Source: an uncultured Oscillospiraceae bacterium (GTDB lineage Bacteria > Bacillota > Clostridia > Christensenellales > CAG-314). Taken from it: DNA of 64,000 nucleotides. Under the pieces are notes generated by a model. That model was given only the letters and a program-made list of their open reading frames with translations. It was not told the origin of the DNA and did not search any database. Location: positions 31,433 through 95,432 of the forward strand of contig CAZNZO010000005.1 in NCBI GenBank assembly GCA_964577535.1, in the 5' to 3' direction. This document shows, piece by piece, positions 54,119 through 63,076 of the stretch (position 1 is the stretch's first letter; every line of letters starts with the position of its first letter). The position numbers were made by a program, and so were the translations under genes.

Positions 54119-56398
54119 ATGAAAAAGACAAGAATTGTTTTGTCAATGTTATTGGCAGCGATTATGATGCTCAGTGTTGTGCTCGTAGCATGCGCACCCG
54201 CTGAATGCACAAGCGCTTGCCCCACTTGCGGTCTCTGCACCAACGATAATTGCGAGCTGCACGTAAAGGCAGAAGAACATTGCCAAGGACACACAACACC
54301 CAACCCCGATCCGGAACCTGATGTTGATTTGCTTCCCTACGCAGACGGAACCGTATTGCGCGTAGCAGCAGGTTATCAAAAGACATCCCACTCCATCACA
54401 TTCAAAGATACCGACCTTATCAAAGAATTGGATGGAACCAAGGGACAAATCACCCTTCCCGATGGCGTTACCTACAAAGCAGGCGATTTGAAACCCACGT
54501 GGCAACAAATTTCCGACGACATGAAGATCACTTTCGAAGATAAGTTCACGGGCGCTGGCTCTGCCGAAAAAGAATTCAAATATTGGCAAAACCAACTTGA
54601 CCAAGTTGACATCATCGCCGGCTCTGCAAAAGTTTTGCAAGAATCCGGAACTCAAGGTCAATTGATCAACATTGCAGAATATTTGGACAAGATGCCCAAC
54701 TTCAAAGCATATCTCGAACAAAATGCAATCGTTCGCCTTTCTATCACCGGCGACACCAAGACCGGAGCTATCTATTTCAGCCCCTACTTCGACGGCGTTG
54801 ACGATATCGAACGTTATCCCCTTGTTCGTTCCGACATGGTTGTTGCTTTGTTGGATGGCACCACCGAATACAAAGGAGCTAACCGCGCTTTGGCAGCAGC
54901 AGCTTACGAACCCTACATGCCCACAACCGGCACCGTTGCAGTAGAATCTTTGACGGCTGACGGAAAAGGCACACAAACCATCACCAAGGATTATTCCAAG
55001 GCTCAAAACATCATCGCTCAAATGAACGCAGCAACCAACCTCACCGGTGACCAAGCTGTTGCTATGTTCCGTAAATACATCGATGATATGTATGGCACAA
55101 CCTATGCTAAACGTTCCGATTTGTTCCTTGGCTATGATGCTGCTTGGGATGCAGACGAACTTGTTGCTCTTCTTCGTTGTGCAGTTGCTTCTTTGAACGA
55201 CAACGACGGCAACCCCATCTCCGGTTTGTTCCCGCGTGAATCCAGCAACCTTCAACGTCAAGTTGACTTGTTCCGCTTTGCAGGAAGCTTGTTCGGCGTT
55301 CGTGGTATGGAAGCTCGCAGCGACTATTTGTACTTCGACAGCGAAGGTGAACTTCACTCCGCTCGTTCCGAAGAAGATACCTACCTTGCAATTGAAAGAC
55401 TCAACGCTTTGTACAAAGAAGGTCTTTTGACCATCGGCGACGACGTTAAGAGTGAAGACCGCTTGAAGAAAGACGCAGGCATCGTTTCCTACGACTACTG
55501 CCAAACTCAAACTGTCTACAACGCTACAAAACTTCAAGAAGGCGAAGCATACACCTGCATGATGGTTCCCGTTGCTAAATGGTTCGACGGCACCGAAGGC
55601 GGCAACTGGATGCGTTTCACCGAATCTTGGCGTTCTGTTAAGACGGATGCTTGGGCAATCTCCAAGGCTGGCGTTTCCAACGCTGACGGTTCCATCAACA
55701 CCGATAAGCTCAACGCTGCATTGGCATTGATCGACTTCGCATTCTCCGTACAAGGTCAAATCACCATGAGCTACGGTTCCGATGCTTTCATCAAAGTTAA
55801 GGATGCTTCCGTAGAAGTTAAAACATGGGAAGACGTTGCTAAGAAATACGAAACATTCAACTTCAACGGACAAGAAATGCCTGTTGTTACCGATGAATTG
55901 TATGCAGACCTCACTGCACGTGCAGGCGGCAACTACACCAACTACGCTCGTTACTATCTTGGATCCACGTTGAACGGATTCCCCAAGAGCCAAGCATTCG
56001 AATATCAATGCACACACGAAGTTGGTAAAGAAGGCGCAGCAAAAGTTTCTGCAGCTATCGCATTGGGCACCGTTAAACACCCCGTTTTGGGCATTGCTGA
56101 AAACATGTGGTATACATCCATCCCCACAAGCTTCCCGCAAACTGCTAAACAAAACGACCAAATCAGCGGATACAAAGAATTGACCAACAACTTCAGCACC
56201 TCCAAGGGCAAGAACAACGTTTTGATCAACATGATCACCAACGGCTACAACGTTACCGAATTCGAAGGATTGAATATCACCAACGCTGCAGAAGCTGCCG
56301 AATTGGTTTCCGAAACTTGGAACGACGCTCAATACTTGTTGCTCCGCACAACCGCTTGGCAAAAACTTGTGATCTACTATCAAGGTCTTTCCAAATAG
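54119..56398 (+). CDS. Large extracellular solute-binding lipoprotein (LplA-like) with a Cys/His-rich N-terminal linker
   Basis: RBS aggagga and lipobox LVAC. 759 aa, directly downstream of the two permease genes. The linker is CAPAECTSACPTCGLCTNDNCELHVKAEEHCQGH. Confidence 0.83.
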   Translation: MKKTRIVLSMLLAAIMMLSVVLVACAPAECTSACPTCGLCTNDNCELHVKAEEHCQGHTTPNPDPEPDVDLLPYADGTVLRVAAGYQKTSHSITFKDTDLIKELDGTKGQITLPDGVTYKAGDLKPTWQQISDDMKITFEDKFTGAGSAEKEFKYWQNQLDQVDIIAGSAKVLQESGTQGQLINIAEYLDKMPNFKAYLEQNAIVRLSITGDTKTGAIYFSPYFDGVDDIERYPLVRSDMVVALLDGTTEYKGANRALAAAAYEPYMPTTGTVAVESLTADGKGTQTITKDYSKAQNIIAQMNAATNLTGDQAVAMFRKYIDDMYGTTYAKRSDLFLGYDAAWDADELVALLRCAVASLNDNDGNPISGLFPRESSNLQRQVDLFRFAGSLFGVRGMEARSDYLYFDSEGELHSARSEEDTYLAIERLNALYKEGLLTIGDDVKSEDRLKKDAGIVSYDYCQTQTVYNATKLQEGEAYTCMMVPVAKWFDGTEGGNWMRFTESWRSVKTDAWAISKAGVSNADGSINTDKLNAALALIDFAFSVQGQITMSYGSDAFIKVKDASVEVKTWEDVAKKYETFNFNGQEMPVVTDELYADLTARAGGNYTNYARYYLGSTLNGFPKSQAFEYQCTHEVGKEGAAKVSAAIALGTVKHPVLGIAENMWYTSIPTSFPQTAKQNDQISGYKELTNNFSTSKGKNNVLINMITNGYNVTEFEGLNITNAAEAAELVSETWNDAQYLLLRTTAWQKLVIYYQGLSK

Positions 56399-56475
56399 TT
56401 TTTGTTAAACGACTTGCCAAAAAGTAACTTTTGTTGCTTTTCATGGCAAACAACAAATTGAATTTATCGTGGCTT

Positions 56476-56497
56476 GGGAGAAGATTCGTCTTCTCCC
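56476..56497 (+). promoter_or_regulatory. Stable intercistronic stem-loop without a U tract
   Basis: gggagaaga-ttcg-tcttctccc: a perfect 9-bp stem with a UUCG tetraloop, and no T run after it. Confidence 0.55.
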
Positions 56498-56522
56498 TCG
56501 GCTGCGAAAAAGGTAGTAACTT

Positions 56523-57182
56523 ATGTTTAAGTCACAAATGAAATTCCAAAAAATCCTGTGCCTTGCCGCGCTTATCATGGCCGCGGTTATGTTTGTTTAT
56601 GCACTGGGATTCATTACCGATTGGCACGACTTGTTGTATTTTGTGCTGGATATCGACGAAGGCGCAGACTACACGGAAGTGGATGGTGCTCAGTTCTACT
56701 GGGAATTGCAAACCTACGTTTTGTACGAACACACAAGTGACGGACAAACAATCGAACATCGTTTCGTTGGGTTTGTGGATCATCTGCTAACCATTGCAAT
56801 AATCGGTTTGTTGCTAGCAATAGCAATGATAGTAACACGCAATAACACACGCCGCAAATACTACGTTTCTAACTTTGTAACGACGTGCGCTTACAGTGCG
56901 TATAACGTTGGCTTTGCAATTTGGATGATGATAAAAGTCTCCGTTTACAAAGCAAAATTTTTGCAAATCAATTTCGAACAATTGGAAATGTTTTGCACTA
57001 TGTGGAAAAGAGAATATAATCCCACCACGCGCTGCTGTGATTGGGGCTACGTTTTGGGTGCACTGCTAATTTTGTTCTCGTCAGCAGTGGTATTCAACTT
57101 AATTTGGAAAGTTACGCTTATGAAGCGTGAAAATAAACTATTATCCGGCCAAGTGGCAGAAGTTGCCGCAACCGTTGCCTAG
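56523..57182 (+). CDS. Uncharacterised 4-TM membrane protein (P1)
   Basis: 219 aa with four hydrophobic segments and an acidic loop of about 55 aa after TM1. No family recognised. Confidence 0.6.
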   Translation: MFKSQMKFQKILCLAALIMAAVMFVYALGFITDWHDLLYFVLDIDEGADYTEVDGAQFYWELQTYVLYEHTSDGQTIEHRFVGFVDHLLTIAIIGLLLAIAMIVTRNNTRRKYYVSNFVTTCAYSAYNVGFAIWMMIKVSVYKAKFLQINFEQLEMFCTMWKREYNPTTRCCDWGYVLGALLILFSSAVVFNLIWKVTLMKRENKLLSGQVAEVAATVA

Positions 57183-57191
57183 GAGGGTGCT

Positions 57192-57704
57192 ATGGACGAA
57201 CAAACTCGTCGTTTCTTAAAGCGAGACCGCATGCGTTTCACCCTCAACGGGTTATCTAGCGGACTTGCATTGCTGGCAATCGTGTTCAACGTGTTCTACT
57301 TTGTCAGCATCTACAAATCCAATTTCAATTTCTACTACAACTTTGATATGGGCATCTCTGTGTTGCTCAACTTGGTGTTTATGCTCACCGTGTTCCTTTC
57401 GTCCGAAGGCGTAAAAAACTACAAGCAAGGCTATGCAATTGCATTGATTGTTGTTGGTGCGTTGGAAATCGTTCGCATTTTCGGCTTGCCTCTTTCGGCT
57501 CACAACACAGCAATCACTTTGAAGGTGGACGGTGTGGATACATCCGTGCTTGTCATGCAAGACGGTCAATTTGCCCGTGTCATCATTTATCTTGTGTGTA
57601 CCGCCACTTTGCTTATCACGGCCGGCGTAATTGGCATCATTCGTTCACGCCAATTGGAAGAACACAAAAGAAGCCTACAAGCAAAAGTCGTTTCGGAGGA
57701 ATAG
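57192..57704 (+). CDS. Uncharacterised 4-TM membrane protein (P2)
   Basis: 170 aa. RBS aggaggg overlaps the upstream stop. Basic N-terminus, four TM segments, charged C-terminus. Confidence 0.65.
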   Translation: MDEQTRRFLKRDRMRFTLNGLSSGLALLAIVFNVFYFVSIYKSNFNFYYNFDMGISVLLNLVFMLTVFLSSEGVKNYKQGYAIALIVVGALEIVRIFGLPLSAHNTAITLKVDGVDTSVLVMQDGQFARVIIYLVCTATLLITAGVIGIIRSRQLEEHKRSLQAKVVSEE

Positions 57705-57710
57705 TGCACA

Positions 57711-58769
57711 ATGGCAGAACTAAGTTTGAAGCATCTTGATAAGATCTACGACAACAAAGTGCAAGCCGTGTTCGATTTCAATCTGGACGTAAAAGACGGC
57801 GAATTTATAGTTTTGGTTGGGCCTTCCGGTTGCGGAAAAAGCACAACGTTGCGCATGGTTGCCGGTTTGGAAGATATAACCGCCGGCCAATTGATAATTG
57901 ACGGCAAAGACGTTACTCGTATGCCGCCCAAAGATCGCGACATTGCAATGGTTTTCCAAAACTACGCATTGTACGGCTACATGACGGTTTACGAAAACAT
58001 GGCGTTTTCGCTTAAACTTCGCAAAGAAAACCTCAACGTCATTCACCAAAAGGTGCTTGCCGCTGCGGAAATTTTGGGTCTAACCGACCAATTGAACAAA
58101 AAACCACCACAACTTTCCGGCGGACAGCGCCAACGTGTTGCAATGGGACGTGCCATCGTGCGTAATCCCAAAGTGTTTTTGTTCGACGAACCTCTTTCTA
58201 ACTTGGATGCAAAGTTGCGTGGTGCAATGCGCCGCGAAATAATGTTGTTGCACAAACGCTTGGGCGCAACCATGCTGTACGTAACGCACGACCAAACGGA
58301 AGCGTTGACACTTGCAGATAGAATTGTTTGCATGTCCATGGGGCATGTACAACAAGTGGGCACGCCGCTGGAACTTTACGATACGCCGGCAAACCTGTTC
58401 GTTGCAAGTTTCATTGGGCTTCCTCCCATGAACTTCTTCGATGCCCAGGTTGAGCAAGATAAGCTTGTGTGCGATGGTTTCTGCTACACGCTTGACGAGC
58501 ATCAAAAACAATTGCTTGCAAACTATGTTGGCAAACAAATTGTGCTTGGCGTTCGTCCGGAAAACATCAACAAGGGCAACGACATTGCAATGAAAGTTAC
58601 CAACAACGAAAACCTTGGACAAAACACTCTTGTTCACGGAACTATCGGCAAAAAGACCGTTGTTGCAAAAATTCGTCAATGGCTAAACTACAAGTACGGC
58701 GACGAAATAACCGTTTCCTTCAACAACGTTCATTTCTTCGATAAAGAAACAACAAACGCAATTCGCTAA
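57711..58769 (+). CDS. MsmX/MalK-type sugar ABC transporter ATP-binding protein (copy 2)
   Basis: Walker A GPSGCGKST, signature LSGGQRQRV, Walker B FLFDEPLSNLD. RBS ggagga lies within the end of P2. Confidence 0.9.
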   Translation: MAELSLKHLDKIYDNKVQAVFDFNLDVKDGEFIVLVGPSGCGKSTTLRMVAGLEDITAGQLIIDGKDVTRMPPKDRDIAMVFQNYALYGYMTVYENMAFSLKLRKENLNVIHQKVLAAAEILGLTDQLNKKPPQLSGGQRQRVAMGRAIVRNPKVFLFDEPLSNLDAKLRGAMRREIMLLHKRLGATMLYVTHDQTEALTLADRIVCMSMGHVQQVGTPLELYDTPANLFVASFIGLPPMNFFDAQVEQDKLVCDGFCYTLDEHQKQLLANYVGKQIVLGVRPENINKGNDIAMKVTNNENLGQNTLVHGTIGKKTVVAKIRQWLNYKYGDEITVSFNNVHFFDKETTNAIR

Positions 58770-58780
58770 CGGAGGAAAAA

Positions 58781-59356
58781 ATGAAAGAATTTTTGATTAA
58801 GTTTGGAACTTCCGTAAAAGAATTTTTGCGCAAAACAATGGTAACGCTCAAACGCCGTCCGCACCTTATTGCATTGGTTATGTCGCTGGTATCCTTCATT
58901 GTGTATTCCTTCAACCTAACAGATGTTTCCAATACAACCTTCAAGTTGGGGCAAGACTACATGGGTTTGTGCCAATTTGCAGTAATGTTGTTCTCGGCGT
59001 TGTCGCTGGTGTGCTTGCTAGGCGCTTTCCCGCGCCGTCAACGCCCCAAAGTGTTGATGATCGTGCTGTATTTCCTCATGTCCGCAGTAATCATTTTCTG
59101 CGACGTGGTTTACTACAACGTTATTCAATCGCAAATTGCTGGCCCCAATCCGCCATTCACGCTAAAACCGGATGGGTCGGAAAACTACGTTCTAAGAGCG
59201 GAATCGTTGATGATCACGCACATAGTGCTGGTGGGCATTTCCGTTTTGCTTACGGCAACCGTCAAGCTCTACGGCAAACTTTTCCAATTGGTGAACACCA
59301 ACGTCGAGTTGGAATACACCGAAGCTACGGAAAAAATAGAAATAGACGAAGAATAA
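58781..59356 (+). CDS. Uncharacterised 4-TM membrane protein (P3), same architecture as P2
   Basis: 191 aa with RBS ggagga. Basic N-terminus, four TM segments, acidic C-terminus. Confidence 0.65.
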   Translation: MKEFLIKFGTSVKEFLRKTMVTLKRRPHLIALVMSLVSFIVYSFNLTDVSNTTFKLGQDYMGLCQFAVMLFSALSLVCLLGAFPRRQRPKVLMIVLYFLMSAVIIFCDVVYYNVIQSQIAGPNPPFTLKPDGSENYVLRAESLMITHIVLVGISVLLTATVKLYGKLFQLVNTNVELEYTEATEKIEIDEE

Positions 59357-59478
59357 TTTTTGCGGCGTTTGCCGACTAACTAAAAACGTAACGGGGTGGC
59401 CACTGGCGTGACTGCCCCGTTGTTTGTGTAAGCTATTTGCCACTTTTTGCAAGTTTGTGGCAAAATGCTTGCCAGCTG

Positions 59479-59507
59479 TTGAATTTTTTGCGCAACGGCT
59501 GTATAAT
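59479..59507 (+). promoter_or_regulatory. Candidate internal promoter for P4
   Basis: TTGAAT (59479-59484), 17-nt spacer, TATAAT (59502-59507). Confidence 0.5.
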
Positions 59508-59549
59508 TTTGTTAGCAAACTTGCTTCATTTCAACTTGGCAGGTACAGT

Positions 59550-60230
59550 ATGTCAAAAAAGAAAAAACATAACAACAAAACACATCAAATAAAGGTGCAT
59601 CACGACGAAACTCCGCACAGTGACGAAACCAACTACTATCAAATGCACTCCGATGCTATCGACAGGCTGATAAACGCCGAAGATGGGGAAGTGCCGGAAG
59701 TTGGCGCCGAGGAACTTAAGCAGTACGAATCGGGTGTGCTTTCCAAAATCCCGTCGTGGCTAAAAGCGCTGTTTATCAAGTTTTGGTTTAATGGTGCCGC
59801 TTGCTTCTTTTTCATGTGGGGGTTGGGCATCTACGTCACCAACTATTGGAACTTGCTTTTCGTTGTAGGTTTGGCATTGGGCGTAATAACCGACCTGCTT
59901 GTAAACAACATTTTCCGTTTCACTGCCGATCAAGAACACGAAAACGACAAGTGGATGATATTCCCCAAAAAGAAGTTTTGGACTTTGTTTGCCAACATTG
60001 CCTATGCCTATGCAATTTTGGCGTGTGTAGTGCTTTTGTATAGCGGCATAAACGCTTTGTTTGGTGATGGCGACGAAATTGTTTTGGGCGTGGAACCGTT
60101 TTTGTTCGGCTTGTTCTACTTGCTGTTTGATATGGCAGTTATATCCATCAAAAACCTTATTGCAAAAGCCATTGCAAAAAGCAAGCAAAAATCCGCAAAC
60201 GAACAAGAACAAAATTCTACCAACGAATAA
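59550..60230 (+). CDS. Uncharacterised membrane protein (P4) with a His/Glu-rich N-terminal region
   Basis: Start placed at ATG 59550 (weak RBS). 226 aa: a hydrophilic N-terminus of about 70 aa, then four hydrophobic segments and a Lys-rich tail. Confidence 0.55.
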   Translation: MSKKKKHNNKTHQIKVHHDETPHSDETNYYQMHSDAIDRLINAEDGEVPEVGAEELKQYESGVLSKIPSWLKALFIKFWFNGAACFFFMWGLGIYVTNYWNLLFVVGLALGVITDLLVNNIFRFTADQEHENDKWMIFPKKKFWTLFANIAYAYAILACVVLLYSGINALFGDGDEIVLGVEPFLFGLFYLLFDMAVISIKNLIAKAIAKSKQKSANEQEQNSTNE

Positions 60231-60235
60231 AAATT

Positions 60236-60268
60236 TTGCAACTTTCCGCCAAGCGGGAACCGTTGCAA
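60236..60268 (+). promoter_or_regulatory. Nested stem-loop immediately upstream of the GH28-GH105 RBS
   Basis: ttgcaac-tttccgc-caa-gcgggaa-cc-gttgcaa, with no U tract. Confidence 0.35.
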
Positions 60269-60281
60269 CAAGGATTAAATT

Positions 60282-62939
60282 ATGAACAAAATAAATCTAC
60301 TCTACACTTCGGCCGTTTCGGCATGCTTCAGCTGGGATAACGACCTTCCATATAACACGGAAAAGCCCTTCGTTGCTCGCATTGACGGCAAGGAAGTTTT
60401 CAGCGGCAACACAAACGTGTTTTCTGTCTTCAATTTGCAACCCAACACCGCCTACGTTTTGACAGTGGATGGCACCGAATGCCGCGTGGAATTTCACACG
60501 GCAAAGCAATCGGCTTGCTTCAACGTCAAGGATTTTGGCGCAAAGGGCGACGGCATTGCCGACGACACTGTGGCAGTGCAAAGTGCCATCAACTGTTTGC
60601 CCAAAAACGGCCGCTTGCTGTTCCCTGATGGTCGCTATTTATGCCGCCCGTTGTGCCTAAAAAGCGACATAACATTGCATTTGTGCGATAACGCCGTCAT
60701 TTTGGGCAGCACCGATATGGATGCCTACCCCGTGTTGCCGGGTGAAATTTGCGATGCACACAGTGGCGAAAAAATTCAAGTTGGCACGTGGGAAGGCAAC
60801 CCTGTTGCAATGAAGCAATCCCTTATTTTTGGCGAACATCTTTGCAACGTGCACGTTGTCGGACGTGGCTGTATCGATGGCAATGCGCAAAATTCCGCTT
60901 GGTGGGTAGACGTAAAAAATCAACCGGTTGGCCGCCCTCGTTTGGCATTTTTCAACGGTTGCAAAAACGTGTATTTCCATGGTGTTTCGGCGCAAAACTC
61001 GCCGTCGTGGCAAATGCACCCCTATTTTTGCAAAAACGTCAACTATTTGGACGTTTTTGTTGGTGCACCGCACAACAGCCCCAACACCGATGCTATCGAC
61101 CCCGAATGTTGCGATGGCGTGAACATTATCGGTTGCCGCTTTAGTGTTGGCGACGATTGCATTGCTATCAAGTCGGGCAAAGCCTATATTGGCAAAACCT
61201 ATCGCACACCCACGCAAAACGTAAACATTGTCAACTGTTTGATGCAGTTTGGACACGGCGCAGTAACGCTGGGCAGCGAAATGGCCGGCGGCGTAAAGAA
61301 ACTAACCGTCAAACAATGCCGTTTTGTTCAAACAGATAGAGGCCTGCGCATAAAAACCCGTCGCGGTCGCGGCAAGTTTGCAGTGGTGGATGGCGTAACT
61401 TTCCAAAACATTCTTATGGAAGGCGTAAAAACGCCCATCGTTATCAACATGTGGTATAACTGTTGCGATCCGGATAGATTTTCCGAATATAACACCACGC
61501 GCGAAAAACTTCCCGTGGACGAACGCACGCCCAGGTTGGGCAAATTCTGCTTCAAGGATATGGTTTGCAACGACTGTCACGTTTGCGCTTGCTATGCCGA
61601 TGGCTTGCCCGAACGCCTCATAGAGCAAATAACTTTGCAAAACGTGCGCTTCAACTATGCAAAAGACGCAGTGGAAGGCCATCCCTCAATGAAAAACAAC
61701 AATCTGTTGCTAAAACGCGCCGGCTTGCGCTTCTTCAACGTTAACAGAGTTGTGCTAAACGATGTGGTGGTTGATGGTTGCAACGGCGAGCAGGTTGTTG
61801 CTGAAAACGTTGGCGAAGTGGCATCTTATGATGCAATCAAACGCTACGTGGATAGGCTGGTTAGCGAATCCACTCCCGAGAAGCCGTTTTGGAACGTAGA
61901 ACATGCCCAAAACAAGGCGGTTAAGTGGAACTACATAGATGGTTGCATGCTAACGGCTTTGCTGGAACTGGGCAAAATTAGTGGCGACAAAAAGTATTTC
62001 GACTTTGTGGAAAAATTTGCCGACTACTATGTGGCTGAAGACGGCACTCCCTTGCAGTACAACAAAGACAACTATAACTTGGATGATATCAACGAAGGCC
62101 GCGTACTGTTCGAACTTTTCGAAAAAACCGGCAAGCAAAAATATCAAAAAGCCATAGCACTTCTAAAAACTCAACTAGACGAACAACCTCGCACTACTTG
62201 TGGCAACTTCTGGCACAAAAAGATTTATCCCAATCAAATTTGGCTAGACGGCATTTATATGGCGCAAGTGTTCTCGGCAATGTGGCACAAGCGCAACGAC
62301 GGCAACGTTTTGGATGTTATCAAGCAAATAGAAAACGTTCGCGATCTTATGAAAGACCCAGGCACCGGGCTGTATTATCACGGATGCGATTGCTCCAAAC
62401 AAGCCTTTTGGTGCAACAAGCAAACGGGGCTTTCGGCAAACTTCTGGTTGCGTTCCATTGGGTGGTTTTTGGTAGCGCTGGCCGATTTGTGCGAAGTTTG
62501 CGCTGACGATACACAAGCCAAAACTTTGCGCAGCGTTTTGAAAGATGCGCTCATGGCCGTTGCTCATTTTGTGGATGACAAAACAAAAATGCTATATCAA
62601 GTGCCCAATTGCATTGGCAAAGAAGGCAACTATCTCGAAACAAGTGGCAGCGCCATGGTGGCGTATGCAATGCTAAAAGGTGCGCGACTGGGCGTTGTTG
62701 GTAAGCGTTTTGCAACCTTGGGTGCAGAAATTTTTGACGGAATTTGCAAAAAATATCTTACCGAAAGGGACGGCAAACTTAACCTTGGTGGCATTTGTTT
62801 GGTTGCTGGTTTAGGGCCGGAATCCAACCGTCGTCGCGATGGCAGTTTTCAATACTACGTTTCCGAACCGGTTGTGGAAAACGATGCTAAGGGCGTTGCT
62901 CCGCTGGTGTTGTGCTACACAGAAATTGTGCGCCTATAA
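60282..62939 (+). CDS. Fusion enzyme: GH28 (exo)polygalacturonase plus GH105 unsaturated rhamnogalacturonyl/galacturonyl hydrolase; no signal peptide
   Basis: GH28 motifs: SPNTDAIDP, VGDDCIAIKSG, FGHGAVTLGSE, RGLRIKT. The GH105 part starts near residue 505: WNYIDGCMLTALLEL, FWHKKIYPNQIWLDGIYMAQVF, WLRSIGWFLVALAD, SGSAMVAYAML. Confidence 0.85.
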   Translation: MNKINLLYTSAVSACFSWDNDLPYNTEKPFVARIDGKEVFSGNTNVFSVFNLQPNTAYVLTVDGTECRVEFHTAKQSACFNVKDFGAKGDGIADDTVAVQSAINCLPKNGRLLFPDGRYLCRPLCLKSDITLHLCDNAVILGSTDMDAYPVLPGEICDAHSGEKIQVGTWEGNPVAMKQSLIFGEHLCNVHVVGRGCIDGNAQNSAWWVDVKNQPVGRPRLAFFNGCKNVYFHGVSAQNSPSWQMHPYFCKNVNYLDVFVGAPHNSPNTDAIDPECCDGVNIIGCRFSVGDDCIAIKSGKAYIGKTYRTPTQNVNIVNCLMQFGHGAVTLGSEMAGGVKKLTVKQCRFVQTDRGLRIKTRRGRGKFAVVDGVTFQNILMEGVKTPIVINMWYNCCDPDRFSEYNTTREKLPVDERTPRLGKFCFKDMVCNDCHVCACYADGLPERLIEQITLQNVRFNYAKDAVEGHPSMKNNNLLLKRAGLRFFNVNRVVLNDVVVDGCNGEQVVAENVGEVASYDAIKRYVDRLVSESTPEKPFWNVEHAQNKAVKWNYIDGCMLTALLELGKISGDKKYFDFVEKFADYYVAEDGTPLQYNKDNYNLDDINEGRVLFELFEKTGKQKYQKAIALLKTQLDEQPRTTCGNFWHKKIYPNQIWLDGIYMAQVFSAMWHKRNDGNVLDVIKQIENVRDLMKDPGTGLYYHGCDCSKQAFWCNKQTGLSANFWLRSIGWFLVALADLCEVCADDTQAKTLRSVLKDALMAVAHFVDDKTKMLYQVPNCIGKEGNYLETSGSAMVAYAMLKGARLGVVGKRFATLGAEIFDGICKKYLTERDGKLNLGGICLVAGLGPESNRRRDGSFQYYVSEPVVENDAKGVAPLVLCYTEIVRL

Positions 62940-62990
62940 CCTGTGGCAATAACCGTTTTGGACATATAATTTTCAATACGTATCAAAAAA

Positions 62991-63017
62991 GCACTGCAAA
63001 ATTGTTGCAGTGCTTTT
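62991..63017. terminator. Bidirectional terminator
   Basis: aaaaaa-gcactgcaa-aattg-ttgcagtgc-tttt, between the convergent GH28-GH105 and AraC genes. Confidence 0.75.
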
Positions 63018-63076
63018 CGCTTGTTTTGTGTGTTGTGTTTGCGGTTTGCCTTTTGCAAAAAAGCAAAACTATTGCG

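Noticed and set aside
54149-56383. 744-aa ORF on the - strand, antisense to the solute-binding protein gene
   Set aside because: It is a mirror ORF in the same codon register as a gene with RBS, lipobox and operon context. Its translation is repetitive (V/G/F/C-rich), has no RBS, and has no recognisable motif.
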